This document shows, piece after piece, positions 39,456 through 53,149 of a stretch of 64,000 bases of DNA. The stretch is taken from contig JAXHMY010000007.1 in NCBI GenBank assembly GCA_034520965.1, positions 1 to 64,000 on the forward strand, given 5' to 3'. The stretch's first letter is position 1, and the number at the start of each line of letters is the position of its first letter. Source of the DNA: Spirochaetia bacterium (lineage in GTDB: Bacteria; Spirochaetota; Spirochaetia; DSM-16054; Sediminispirochaetaceae). The notes beneath the pieces are model-generated. The model saw only the letters and a list, made by a program, of their open reading frames with translations, made no database searches and was not told the origin of the DNA. The translations under genes were made by a program, and so were the position numbers.

Positions 39456-39624
39456 GTTCTACCTCCCATATACTATTAATGATAAAGGTTGTTTTAGCTT
39501 TTTGAAATAATAAGGTCAAATTTAAAACTGAAAATTATTGTAGAAAGAAGCTGACGGTTTCTACTGCCCTTACTTCGTTCCGGTACGCATCGGTTCCGGA
39601 TCAAGTCCTGCCGGGTCCCAGCCA

Positions 39625-39749
39625 CACAATAAAAAAGCGGCCTGTTTTGCAACAAACCGCTTTTTCATTTTGGGCCCACCCTACGTTTTCTCCTTCGGAG
39701 AAAGCCTCGGGCTTGCACTTTGCTGGCGCAAAGTGCTTGGCCAGGACTT
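39625..39749. repeat. att-like repeat R2b with the 62-bp insert
   Basis: About 93% identical to 12672-12797. Confidence 0.85.
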
Positions 39750-39763
39750 TTTCAAGTCCTGGC

Positions 39764-39833
39764 GCTAACACCAAAAAAATAGCCGTCCGCAAGTAGCGAA
39801 CGGCTATTTTTTATGGGCCCACCAGGACTTGAA
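39764..39833. repeat. att-like repeat R1b: tRNA 3' end plus terminator
   Basis: Identical to 20032-20101; hairpin AAAAAATAGCCGT...ACGGCTATTTTTT. Confidence 0.92.
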
Positions 39834-39887
39834 CCTGGGACGCCCTGATTATGAGTCAGGTGCTCTAACCAACTGAGCTATAGGCCC
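39814..39887 (-). tRNA. tRNA with CAT anticodon, probably tRNA-Ile2
   Basis: GGGCCTATAGCTCAGTTGGTTAGAGCACCTGACTCATAATCAGGGCGTCCCAGGTTCAAGTCCTGGTGGGCCCA folds as a cloverleaf; Ile2 rather than Met is inferred from the acceptor stem. Confidence 0.93.
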
Positions 39888-39988
39888 GATAGACTGCATA
39901 ATACCGAAAATGGGGCTTTTATGTCAATATCGGGGTTTCTGAGCTTAAGATATTTTGAGCAGATAGTTTGAGTCTATATTTGGCATGT

Positions 39989-40945
39989 TTATGATCCGAA
40001 GCGCCGGTCCAGTTCCGCCAGGAGCTCCTCCGGAAACAGCGCCAGCTCCGCCTCCTCCAAACGGTGGAGTAAATCCAGCCAGCCGGGATGTTCGCGGATA
40101 AGCTCTTCTAGCAGGTGGAAGGCTTCTTCACGATAGTTGGCCTGGAGAAGGGCGACGGCCTTCCAGTAACGCATTTCACGGTTTTCAGGTGCGGTTTTGA
40201 GTGCGCTGCGGTAATCGTTCATTGCCCCCTCGAAGTCGCCATTTCCTAATTTTGTGTCCCCTTCCTCTAAGCGCTTGTAACCGTCATGAAGGTTAAGCAG
40301 CCGCTCCAGCTCTTCAAGTGGTTCGGGGTGGTCGTCGACCCGTAGGTTTACACGGTATTCGTCGGCGATGTGTCCTTTAGAAGTAGTGCCGGCGGTAAGG
40401 ATGGCAGCGGACTGCTTGCCGCGGATATCTCCACCCAAAGATTCGGCGGCCTGCAGTGCATTTAACAGGCGGCGGGCTAAGGATGGACGGGCTTGAACTG
40501 CGCCAGTTTGAGTTTTGGTTTGAAATGCCGCAGCCATGGCCTCACATACCCCGGTGCGGGCCATCATATTGGCCTGGACGCTAAAGCCTTCGCCTACAAT
40601 ATGGCCGGCTTCTCGGATACATTTAGCTCCCGTATATGCAGCAACTCTCCCGTCGGCTGAGAGCACCGCCAGTTGGCGATAATCGCGTCCCTCATCTTTC
40701 CCTGTGAGCTGGTCGATCACTTCCTTTGGCTGTGTGCCCTTCTGTAGTAAATCCAGGCCGTCGGGGCCGTATTGACGATTTACAAGAGATTGGGTGGCGA
40801 CGGCGCCTACACCGGGAATGAGCCAGGGAACCGCGCTACCGACTGCAAAAAAATGAGATTGTACTCCAATTCCCATCTCTCCGGTTTGCTGATCAATGGC
40901 GACAATAGAATAGGTAGCGGCTAAATTTTTATATATACACTGCAT
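39989..40945 (-). CDS. DUF1028 (Ntn-hydrolase-like) protein with C-terminal TPR
   Basis: TYSIVAID...GVGAVATQ, GGDIRGKQSAA, LRVDDHPEPLEEL; helical TPR tail. Confidence 0.85.
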   Translation of the reverse strand: MQCIYKNLAATYSIVAIDQQTGEMGIGVQSHFFAVGSAVPWLIPGVGAVATQSLVNRQYGPDGLDLLQKGTQPKEVIDQLTGKDEGRDYRQLAVLSADGRVAAYTGAKCIREAGHIVGEGFSVQANMMARTGVCEAMAAAFQTKTQTGAVQARPSLARRLLNALQAAESLGGDIRGKQSAAILTAGTTSKGHIADEYRVNLRVDDHPEPLEELERLLNLHDGYKRLEEGDTKLGNGDFEGAMNDYRSALKTAPENREMRYWKAVALLQANYREEAFHLLEELIREHPGWLDLLHRLEEAELALFPEELLAELDRRFGS

Positions 40946-41072
40946 AGCGGTTCTCCTTGCCTGTATTGTAGCAGAAACACTTCGTTTTTTGAAACGCCAA
41001 GTTTTCTGATTCAAACCTCTGAATCAAACGAGATTAGTTGACGTCCGTCTTTCGGCTTCCTATGATTGAAGT

Positions 41073-41963
41073 ATGGAGTATAATGCTGAGTGTGTGGTTG
41101 ACAGTAAATCAGGTCTTGGGGAAGGGCCGGTGTGGAGTAGTACCCGGCAGTGCCTTTACTGGGTAGATATCGATGCGGGGCTGATCCACTCATATTCTCC
41201 CGCAAAAGATGCGAGGCGTACGTGGGATGTAGGAGTGAAGGTGGGGGCTGTGGTTCCGCGCTCGGAGGCAGCCGGCGGCGGTCTTGTTCTGGCTACGGAG
41301 AAGGGTTTTGTCGGTTTTGAGGAAGAGAGTGAACGTCTGGAGTATATCGTGGATCCGGAAGCGGATAATCCGGATACTCGCTTTAACGACGGAAAATGTG
41401 ATCCTGCGGGTCGTTTCTGGGCAGGCACCATGTCATATTCCCGAACACGAGGTGCGGCTAACCTGTGGTGTTTGGAGGTTGACTACAGCGTAACGAAGCG
41501 GGTTTCCGGTGTTACGGTGTCAAACGGTATCACTTGGAGCCTGGATGAGAAAACGATGTATTACATCGATTCCAATGAGTTCGCGGTAGTGGCCTTTGAA
41601 TACAACCGTGAAAACGGGGCTATCTCCAAACCGCAACCGGTGGTTTTAGTACCTCAGGAGCTGGGAAAACCGGACGGTATGTGTATTGATGCCGAGGGAA
41701 AGCTGTGGACCGCCCTGTTTCGCGGTGGGGCAGTTGCTCGTTGGGATCCCTCTGATGGAAGTTTAATTGAGCTTATTAAAATTCCGGCGGTGCATGTAAC
41801 CGCCTGTGCTTTTGGCGGAGAAGACCTCCAAACTCTGTATGTTACTACTGCCCGGGAGCCGGCTGACGAGCAGCAGCTGGCTGAGTACCCGCAGGCAGGT
41901 GGATTGTTTGCACTGGAATTGGGGGTGAAAGGATCCCCTTTCTTTGAGTTTGGGAGAGGGTGA
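41073..41963 (+). CDS. SMP-30/gluconolactonase/LRE-family protein
   Basis: LGEGPVW, RFNDGKCDPAGRFWAGTM, SNGITWS, PDGMCID, FGGEDL. Confidence 0.93.
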   Translation: MEYNAECVVDSKSGLGEGPVWSSTRQCLYWVDIDAGLIHSYSPAKDARRTWDVGVKVGAVVPRSEAAGGGLVLATEKGFVGFEEESERLEYIVDPEADNPDTRFNDGKCDPAGRFWAGTMSYSRTRGAANLWCLEVDYSVTKRVSGVTVSNGITWSLDEKTMYYIDSNEFAVVAFEYNRENGAISKPQPVVLVPQELGKPDGMCIDAEGKLWTALFRGGAVARWDPSDGSLIELIKIPAVHVTACAFGGEDLQTLYVTTAREPADEQQLAEYPQAGGLFALELGVKGSPFFEFGRG

Positions 41964-42050
41964 ATATAAAAAATATAGCCGACCCCAAAAGTCTTGGGGA
42001 TCGGCCATGTATATTAACAAAAGCGGAGTTGCCTTATTTTTCTGGAGTTC

Positions 42051-42260
42051 CTAGGCCGCCGATTTTTCCGGAAAATCAGGAGTATTAGAGATTCGCTCCA
42101 TATTAAGAGCTTCCTGTCGTTTAGCTGCCAAAAATGTCCAGGTAATGCCTGCTGCCACAGTAAGAATTCCGGCCTGCATAAACGCCGGGGCTGTTGTCAT
42201 GCTGCCGCTTGAAATTAGTAAGGCCACCCCTACACCAGTTAAAGTAAATCCGTATTTCAT
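42051..42260 (-). CDS. Small membrane protein
   Basis: 69 aa, two TM segments, GGAGG RBS. Confidence 0.55.
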   Translation of the reverse strand: MKYGFTLTGVGVALLISSGSMTTAPAFMQAGILTVAAGITWTFLAAKRQEALNMERISNTPDFPEKSAA

Positions 42261-42577
42261 TGTATTGCCTCCACGATTATGATGTCTTTAATATACTAAA
42301 ATAGATTTTAAAATCAAGTGTTTTAGTAAAAATAACTAATAAAAGTTGAGTAAAACATAAAAAAATTATTAGAAAAATAATGAATACCCAAATAATGGTA
42401 GATTTTATTTATAATATTTTGATTTAAGGGCGGAGGGGTGATGAATAAAGTACCCTTTTTCTTATAAAATGATGAAAACAAGTTTAATGTGATTATAATC
42501 ATATAAATTGACTAATATAGTAAAAAATAGTATATATTAGTTATCAATTAGTTGATACAGTAAGAGGTAAGAATAGT

Positions 42578-43975
42578 ATGTATGACATTATAGTAATTGG
42601 AATGGGACCGGCCGGCATGGCGGTATCAGCGATGGCTGTTAAGCTCGGTCTGAGCGTTTTGGGGATAGAAAAAAACAAAATTGGCGGAGAGTGTTTGAAT
42701 TGCGGATGTATCCCAAGCAAAGCGCTTTTGAAGGCCGGTGAGATGCGCAAGGTTATTGAAAACCTTGAACAATTTGGAATGCAAGCTGCCGAGAAACCGG
42801 AGGTAAATGACCCGCTGAGAATTGTCCGCGAAAAAGTGGACCTTATCAACGGGCCTAAGACGATGAAAACCTTCGACAAGGTGGAGTTGGTGCTTGATCA
42901 GGGCAATGCTGAGTTTGTGGATACCCGTACAGTACGGGTAGGGGAAAAAGAGTATCGGGGTAAGAAGATTTTTATTGCCACCGGTACTGAGCCGATGATT
43001 CCCCCCATCGAAGGGCTTGATCAAGTCGAAAAGCTAACGAATGTGAACCTCTTTGAGCAGAAGGAGATTCCCGAAAGCCTTATGATAATCGGCGGTGGAG
43101 CGATTGGTTCGGAAATGGCTCAGGCCTTTTCACGGCTCGGTTCCAAGGTTATCGTTGCCCACATGGACCCGCACCTGATTCCTGCCGGTGATAAGCAGGC
43201 CGGGGATTTGCTGCAGAAGATGTTCGAAGAAGAGAATATCGAAGTGTATAATCAGACAGCGATTACCAAGGTAGAACAGGTAGATGGCCAGATAGTAACT
43301 CACACCGATAAGGGGGTGTTTAAGACAAGCCGCATTCTGGTTGCAGCCGGGCGAAAACCGGTTTTCGATGGCCTGAAGCTCGAGAATGCCGGGGTAGAGT
43401 TTACAAAGCGGGGTATTACTGTTAATCAGAGACTGCAGACAAACCGTCGAAATATCTATGCTGTCGGCGACTGTAACGGCATCTCTCTCTTCTCCCATGC
43501 TGCAATGCATCAGGGAATGCTGGCACTGATGAATGCGCTGAATCCCACCCCCTTTAAGAAGTTTAAGCATAGTGACTTTATCGTTCCCTGGTCAGTCTTT
43601 ACCAAGCCGGAAATTGCCGAGGTTGGTATGTCTGAGGAGCAGGCCCGTGCGGCGGGTATCAAGTTTAAAGTGATACAGTCGGATTACGCCGATTACGGCC
43701 GCACAATTGCCGATGGTCAGCCGGAGGGGTTTGTAAAGGTTATAACGAACGAAAAAGGTAAAATTTTTGGAGCGACTGTCGTAGGAGAGACTGCCAGTGA
43801 GCTGATCCATGAATGGACCATGGCTATGCAGTATAAGCACTCCCTGTTCGATATTGTGATGATGCAGCACTCCTTCCCGACTATCTCGCTTATGAATAAG
43901 CGGGCAGCCGAAAACTGGATGATGGAAATGGCAGAGAAGCCTTGGCTGCAAAAGCTAGCAAAAATGTTCGTATAA
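42578..43975 (+). CDS. Pyridine nucleotide-disulfide oxidoreductase (Lpd/MerA-like)
   Basis: GMGPAG, GGECLNCGCIPSK, GGGAIG, AVGD, HSFPT. Confidence 0.9.
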   Translation: MYDIIVIGMGPAGMAVSAMAVKLGLSVLGIEKNKIGGECLNCGCIPSKALLKAGEMRKVIENLEQFGMQAAEKPEVNDPLRIVREKVDLINGPKTMKTFDKVELVLDQGNAEFVDTRTVRVGEKEYRGKKIFIATGTEPMIPPIEGLDQVEKLTNVNLFEQKEIPESLMIIGGGAIGSEMAQAFSRLGSKVIVAHMDPHLIPAGDKQAGDLLQKMFEEENIEVYNQTAITKVEQVDGQIVTHTDKGVFKTSRILVAAGRKPVFDGLKLENAGVEFTKRGITVNQRLQTNRRNIYAVGDCNGISLFSHAAMHQGMLALMNALNPTPFKKFKHSDFIVPWSVFTKPEIAEVGMSEEQARAAGIKFKVIQSDYADYGRTIADGQPEGFVKVITNEKGKIFGATVVGETASELIHEWTMAMQYKHSLFDIVMMQHSFPTISLMNKRAAENWMMEMAEKPWLQKLAKMFV

Positions 43976-44016
43976 GGAAAGTAGTGTGACAAAAAGGGGG
44001 AGGCAGCTATCTCTGC

Positions 44017-44349
44017 TTAGACATCATTACCCTCGACCGGATAGCCTGCCTCCATCCAGTCTTTTTTACCGCCTTCATAGTCATGCACATTGGTAAACCC
44101 GAAGGTCTCCAGCTTCTCTGCGGCTGCCGGACTGGCTTTGCATTTGGTGTCGGCACAATATACAACTATCTCATCGTTCTTGTTGAACCGCCCTGAGGCT
44201 TCTTTGGCAATACTGTTAAGAGGGATGTTGATTGCCCCTTTGATGTGAGCCTGATTAAAAGGTTTCGGCATCAACACCTCAACTAATTTTATATCTTCAT
44301 TGCTGTCTAACTTTTTTTTCAGGGTTTCCCTATCAATCTTGTGTGACAT
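44017..44349 (-). CDS. Rhodanese-like protein
   Basis: HIKGAINIP, VVYC, YEGGKKDW..AGYP. Confidence 0.9.
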   Translation of the reverse strand: MSHKIDRETLKKKLDSNEDIKLVEVLMPKPFNQAHIKGAINIPLNSIAKEASGRFNKNDEIVVYCADTKCKASPAAAEKLETFGFTNVHDYEGGKKDWMEAGYPVEGNDV

Positions 44350-44426
44350 ACGCCTCTCCTTCGTAGTTTATATCTATAAACTATAAAACAGGAGTAGAAA
44401 AGTCAAAAATAACAGCCTCGTTTTAC

Positions 44427-45914
44427 CTATGGGCTGGGGGCAAAGGGCAGGACTGTTCGCAGATCATTATCGGTGAGGCGCAGACCGATGCCGAAAAAGT
44501 AGTCGCGTTTGCCGCTGTGCAGGGCGTTGTCCACACCGCCGGTGAGGTAGAGCCAGTTAAGTGGATTGTTCGCTTCCGGATCAAACATCGGATAGATAGT
44601 CCCGTAGCCGCGCAGGTAAGGGGCTTCCTCCTGACCGAATTCAAACATTTCGGTTGAGAGTGAAAGTTGTTTGACCGGTTGATAGTTCACCCCAAAGCCT
44701 GCGCTGCTTTCGATGATGCCCCCTCGAAGGGTAAGCGGACCGAAACTGCGGGCCATTTGGGCGGAAAGCTTCAATTCGTCGGTTCGTTCGGTTTCGGTGG
44801 TGGTGGTGTCATCAACAGTTCCGTTGGTGTTGTCCACAACAATAGTGCGGGTTTCGGTGGTTCGGCTCAAATGGTCGGGAGTGTTGACCACTCCGAAGCT
44901 GTAGTATTTCGGTTTTCCCTGGGGCAGAAGACGTACTTGCGCATGTGTTTTTGCCGTACTCTGAAGGGCCATGTACTCGGTTTTGACGCCAACTTGTACG
45001 TTCAGGCCCATCGCAGAGTTCACTAACTCATCAACATTTTGAGTTACACGGTTTACCCGGTCGTAGATCGATTCATCGTTTATAAACTTACCAAGATTGC
45101 CCTCACCTTGTTCAATTTTTCGGGTGACCTTATTCAGGTCTTCCAGTGAAGCATTTAAAGTCTCAACGCTTTCACTGATGGTGGCGATGGAGTTATTGAT
45201 ATCTTCATCTCGGTTCTCTAAAAGGATGTCCAGCCGTTCTGCAATGGAGGCGGTATGAGCTAATATGGTTGACAGCTGCTGCACGTCCTGGTTGCTGGAA
45301 GTATCCAGCCTCTCGGTTATACGAACTACATTTTCCATGGATCGCGAGAGCAGCACCAAGTTTTTCTCTACCAGACGGTTGGTGGTATCGACAGTATCCC
45401 GGGCTAAACTCAGCATTTCGTTTATGGTTTGATAGCCGTCTTCTCCCATGAATCTGTTCAACTCTTCCATGAACACACCCATCTCTTCTCCGACTTGTTC
45501 GGCAACTTCGAAGGTGCGGTCCATGGCGGTGGTACTGACGACGTTATATATAACCCCGCCAGATTCGATCCTTGGCTGCTGTGGAGTTCCCTGCTGAAGG
45601 GTTACCACCGCGTTGCCTAACATGGACTGCATAGTTTTCTTTACTACCGCATCTTGGTACACCGGTACTTCCGATGAGACTTCCATAAGTAGTTCAGCCT
45701 TCCCCTGCACGAGGTCGACCTCCCGTACCCGTCCGACTGCAACTCCGGAGACTAAGACCCGGGTGCCCGGCATCAAGCCGGCGGCGTTCTCGATCATCGC
45801 TCTTACCTGATAAGTATCCGGGGCGTCAATTGTATCGGCGGTTTGCATAATATACGCAACACTACCGGCACCGGTAATCAATACGAATAGGCCTATTTTT
45901 ACCAACCGTGTCAT
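44427..45914 (-). CDS. mlaD: MlaD/MCE-domain protein
   Basis: N-terminal TM, AAGLMPGTRVLVSGVAVGRV MCE motif, long helical region. Confidence 0.85.
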   Translation of the reverse strand: MTRLVKIGLFVLITGAGSVAYIMQTADTIDAPDTYQVRAMIENAAGLMPGTRVLVSGVAVGRVREVDLVQGKAELLMEVSSEVPVYQDAVVKKTMQSMLGNAVVTLQQGTPQQPRIESGGVIYNVVSTTAMDRTFEVAEQVGEEMGVFMEELNRFMGEDGYQTINEMLSLARDTVDTTNRLVEKNLVLLSRSMENVVRITERLDTSSNQDVQQLSTILAHTASIAERLDILLENRDEDINNSIATISESVETLNASLEDLNKVTRKIEQGEGNLGKFINDESIYDRVNRVTQNVDELVNSAMGLNVQVGVKTEYMALQSTAKTHAQVRLLPQGKPKYYSFGVVNTPDHLSRTTETRTIVVDNTNGTVDDTTTTETERTDELKLSAQMARSFGPLTLRGGIIESSAGFGVNYQPVKQLSLSTEMFEFGQEEAPYLRGYGTIYPMFDPEANNPLNWLYLTGGVDNALHSGKRDYFFGIGLRLTDNDLRTVLPFAPSP

Positions 45915-46708
45915 AGTATCTCCATATCATCCATGGTTTTATGAGCTGCAGTGAAGGAGTTCTCCAGAAACTTTTGTAAAACCGGGTGAGCAACATTCGC
46001 AACATCTTCGGGAGTTCCTTCAACTTGAATTTTACCTTCATCTAAAAATGCGATTTTATCGGCTAACTGAAAGCTGCCCACAATATCATGCGTAATAATA
46101 ATACAAGTCATTCCAAGCTCCCGATTTACCCTCTGGATTAGATTATTTATACTCTCTTCAAGTACCGGATCGAGGCCGGTGGTAGGCTCGTCGAACAGCA
46201 AAACCTCCGGCTCACCGGCCAGGGATCGGGCTAATGCAACCCGTTTACGCATACCTCCGGAGAGCTCTTCCGGAAGTTTTTTCTCTATTCCAGGGAGGTG
46301 TACCCAGTCAAGTTTCTCCTTTACTATCCGCTTAATTGCTTCACGGTCGCGCATGTGCAGTACTTCTACCAGGGGAAATGCAATGTTTTCTTCCACCGTC
46401 ATGGAATCGAATAGGGCGGAGTCCTGAAAAAGGTAGCCCAGCCGCAGCCGGTACTTCCGCCGTTGTTTCTCCGGCAGCGGAACAATATTAGTTCCGTTAA
46501 TTTTTATCTTACCGGCATCGGGTTCCAGTATTCCTATGATATTTTTCATAAGTACGCTTTTTCCCGACCCGCTTTTACCCAATATCGCGGTAATGCGTTT
46601 GTATGGAAACGTAAGGCTCACCTCGTCAAGTACCAACAAAGAGCCGAACTTTTTAGAAAGCCCTTCCACCTCTATAACTGGATCATTAATGTGCACACTT
46701 TTCGGCAT
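45911..46708 (-). CDS. mlaF: MlaF-like ABC ATPase
   Basis: GKSGSGKS, FQDSALFDSM, LSGGMRKR, DEPTTGLDP. Confidence 0.9.
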   Translation of the reverse strand: MPKSVHINDPVIEVEGLSKKFGSLLVLDEVSLTFPYKRITAILGKSGSGKSVLMKNIIGILEPDAGKIKINGTNIVPLPEKQRRKYRLRLGYLFQDSALFDSMTVEENIAFPLVEVLHMRDREAIKRIVKEKLDWVHLPGIEKKLPEELSGGMRKRVALARSLAGEPEVLLFDEPTTGLDPVLEESINNLIQRVNRELGMTCIIITHDIVGSFQLADKIAFLDEGKIQVEGTPEDVANVAHPVLQKFLENSFTAAHKTMDDMEIL

Positions 46709-47490
46709 TAAAAATGACTCCCAAACATAACCTTCAGTAAAATATCGGTCATTATAAAGTCAGCCACTAAAATGCTGACGGAGGCTGCCACTACCGATCT
46801 GGTGGTCGCGTCTCCGACTGCTTTTGAACCACCCTGCACATAATAACCGTAAAAACAGGAGATAAGGCCGACTATTAACCCCAGTACCGCCGATTTAATG
46901 ATACCGGAGTACACATCCTTCGGGTTTACCATACGGTAGAGCTCGAACAGAAAAGTAGTTTTATCTACCGATTTGTACCATACCGTAACCACATAACTGC
47001 CGGCGATACCTATTACATTTGCCATGGCGGTAAGCAAAGGAAATACAATAACCGCCGCCCATACTCTTGGTACTACCAGATATTGAATGGGGTGGACCGA
47101 CATGGTTTCCATTGCATCAATTTGTTCGCTGATGCGCATAGTTCCAATTTCAGCTGTGATTGCCGAGCCGTTCTTGGCTATCAACATCAACGCCGTCATT
47201 ACCGGAGCCAGCTCGCGGGCCATAGTAATTCCGACTGCAGATCCTGCTAAGGGTTCGGCTCGGAACATACCCAGTACATTTACCAGCTGCAGCGATATGA
47301 TCATACCGATGGCGAAACTGGACAACACGATAATAGGTATTGAGGCTACCCCCATCTTTTCGACATGGGCAGTTAGGATGCGAAACCGGTTGGGACGTTT
47401 GAAAGTCCATCTGAACACTTCCAGAGTGAAAACAACAAAAAGTCCCAGCCGCTCCAGTGCATATAGGATCTTTGATTGAAATTTATACAT
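46708..47490 (-). CDS. mlaE: MlaE-family permease
   Basis: RELAPV, AEIGTMRISEQIDA, VGDATTRSVV. Confidence 0.92.
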   Translation of the reverse strand: MYKFQSKILYALERLGLFVVFTLEVFRWTFKRPNRFRILTAHVEKMGVASIPIIVLSSFAIGMIISLQLVNVLGMFRAEPLAGSAVGITMARELAPVMTALMLIAKNGSAITAEIGTMRISEQIDAMETMSVHPIQYLVVPRVWAAVIVFPLLTAMANVIGIAGSYVVTVWYKSVDKTTFLFELYRMVNPKDVYSGIIKSAVLGLIVGLISCFYGYYVQGGSKAVGDATTRSVVAASVSILVADFIMTDILLKVMFGSHF

Positions 47491-47625
47491 TTACTATTCG
47501 CTTCTTAGTAGATCTCATTTTATAGCACTGATTGAACTAACTACTTGAAATTGTGTAACTAGATGACGTCTTTTTTTATGTGTAGAAAGTCAATGTAAAC
47601 AGAGCATCATAAAAACTCGCCTAAT

Positions 47626-47652
47626 AAAAAAGCCGCCCCCGAAGGGGCGGCT
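47626..47652 (-). terminator. Intrinsic terminator after nifJ
   Basis: AGCCGCCCC-CGAA-GGGGCGGCT stem followed by a T-run on the minus strand. Confidence 0.75.
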
Positions 47653-47687
47653 GTAGTTGCTCTAGAGAAACTTTTGTAAAGCTTCGA

Positions 47688-51290
<3,603 letters not shown>

Positions 51291-51430
51291 TTAAGTTAAT
51301 TTATGAAAAATATTGTGATTATTATACCTTATTTATCGATATCCTACAAGGTGAGAAACGGTATATACCAAAGAGAGTCCTATTTATCTAATTTTAGCAG
51401 CTGTGGTTCAACAGGCTCATATTAAAAAAC

Positions 51431-53029
51431 TCATCTCGAAGAACGAGGACGGCAATACTGCAGGTGGTTGAATGACTGCAGCACTTTACGGTGAATTGGG
51501 TCCTCAGCTGCTGGGCTGCTCTGACCTTCGGTGTTTTCTTCGGTTTTGTCCCCGGCTTGCTCCTGGATCTGGTTCTCGTTAAAGGAAGCCAAAAGAGACT
51601 CAATAGCCTTGGTATGGGCCGGGGCTCCGAACTGCTTGATAATCTGGTCGCGGTTCTTTACCTGGGGGCCCCTTAACAGATTTTCCATGGTAGCCACTGT
51701 TTCGGCATTAATTTCACGCAGCTCCAGCACAAACTCTGGTGATTCCGCAGCCTGTCGAAGTACTTGATACTGCTGTTCTACCGAGAGAAAGGAGTAATCG
51801 ATAAGCCTCTCTGCCAATAACTGCTCTACCTCATAGCGAATTCGCTTGTGCTGATCATCCGGCAGTAGTCCGGCAACTGAATTGAGGATCTGGGAGTAGG
51901 TATCGCCCAGGGCGGCTCGGTCTCCGGTAGAAAGGGGAACCTGCAGCTGACTGTAAAAATAACTCGACTGAGGTAAAAAATAGTCCTTCAGCGCACCAAG
52001 GATGTCCAGGTCCCGGGCAACCAGCGGAGTTCCCCACAGCACACTGTTGATAAACAGGTAGCCGAACCCCTCTTGAATGGCGGTGGAAACTATCACATCG
52101 GCAGATCTGGTCAGCTCTTCAAAGCTGATGCCGATCTCATCCAGGTTGCGCCCGATGCCCCAGGCGCCGGAGATAAGCCGGTTCTGATAAGCACTTTCTA
52201 CCAAATTAGAATAGGCCCTTTCCTGCTGCGAGACTCCCGGCAGGGTCACCAATAGATTAGTAGGACTTTCAACAAGGTTTGTCAGCAGCCCAGCCTCCAA
52301 CACGTTTTTTCTGCGGATGCTTCGTACCGGGTACAGCAGAAGCTTTCCTTCAGGCTCCCAGCCGGGGGTATGTTCACCGGCCCAGGTTTCAATTTTCTGT
52401 TGTACCTGCCAGGAGTCAATGGATGCGGAGGGGTGCGGCTCAATCGGGTTGTTCAGCAAAAACAGCTGGTCCTCCGGTATGCCCGCATCTCTTAAAACAT
52501 TCCGGTCCCGACTGTTGATAACTATATAGCGTACATTAGGACTTACGGGATACATGGGCGATTCCAGGTTCTCGTAGAGGGCCTTCAAATTTGAAAACCT
52601 CCCGCTCTCCGGAAAATCGTGAATATGCAGGATTATCTGCTGTTGCGGCTGTTCCCGGGCAATTTGCAGCAGCGCCTCGGTAAACAGGGGGTTTTTCCCA
52701 ATATGGTAATTGTGAACCCACCAGATGCTGTCGCTAAAGTGCTCATTCAGCTTCTGTTTAATATCTTCAACCTTAGGAGGGGTGTCCTGTTCAACTAAAT
52801 AATCGATCTCGGGTATCGGCCGGCTGTGAACCTGGGCTTCAACCCCCTGCGATTTAAGTGCCTGTTCTATTTTATCGACTATATTGGTCCTCTGCGAATC
52901 CCGTCCGCAGACCAGGGTTATATCAAACTGATCAGGCTGCTGCTGCAGCAAAGCCTTTACCGATGAGGTGATGACTTGCGTAATTCCCCCGGTAAGCAGG
53001 TGATAATGGAAGATGGTTATTCTATACAT
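51431..53029 (-). CDS. GT-B (GT4-like) glycosyltransferase
   Basis: HYHLLTGG, HIHDF.E, YPVRSIRRKN, QEGFG.LF. Confidence 0.7.
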   Translation of the reverse strand: MYRITIFHYHLLTGGITQVITSSVKALLQQQPDQFDITLVCGRDSQRTNIVDKIEQALKSQGVEAQVHSRPIPEIDYLVEQDTPPKVEDIKQKLNEHFSDSIWWVHNYHIGKNPLFTEALLQIAREQPQQQIILHIHDFPESGRFSNLKALYENLESPMYPVSPNVRYIVINSRDRNVLRDAGIPEDQLFLLNNPIEPHPSASIDSWQVQQKIETWAGEHTPGWEPEGKLLLYPVRSIRRKNVLEAGLLTNLVESPTNLLVTLPGVSQQERAYSNLVESAYQNRLISGAWGIGRNLDEIGISFEELTRSADVIVSTAIQEGFGYLFINSVLWGTPLVARDLDILGALKDYFLPQSSYFYSQLQVPLSTGDRAALGDTYSQILNSVAGLLPDDQHKRIRYEVEQLLAERLIDYSFLSVEQQYQVLRQAAESPEFVLELREINAETVATMENLLRGPQVKNRDQIIKQFGAPAHTKAIESLLASFNENQIQEQAGDKTEENTEGQSSPAAEDPIHRKVLQSFNHLQYCRPRSSR

Positions 53030-53149
53030 ACTGCCATGATACTACAATTTGCGGATGGGAATCAATTTGCTTTGATTGCAATTTCTTTTGCAATTTATAG
53101 GGAGGAGTCCTATTATTTGTTCTATCACTTGTATTATACGGAGGATAGT

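Larger units (their letters stand above)
20102..39763. mobile_element. tRNA-anchored genomic island with no integrase visible
   Basis: Flanked by the identical 70-bp direct repeat; cargo of defence, partition and TA genes. Confidence 0.75.

Noticed and set aside
20102..39763. Prophage (DnaE, DnaB-like, Gp37/68, ParA)
   Set aside because: No terminase, capsid, tail, lysis or integrase genes are recognisable.
12600..39900. CRISPR array or cas locus (Cas4-like motif, spacer-sized helicase fragment)
   Set aside because: No regularly spaced repeat array and no cas1/cas2 or effector genes. The Cas4-like motif belongs to DUF2779.
42488..42503. CRP/FNR-like TGTGA-N6-TCATA upstream of the oxidoreductase
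   Set aside because: Single site in a very AT-rich spacer. It cannot be separated from chance or assigned to a regulator.
42578..43975. Mercuric reductase (merA)
   Set aside because: Lacks the C-terminal Cys-Cys pair and has no mer operon context.
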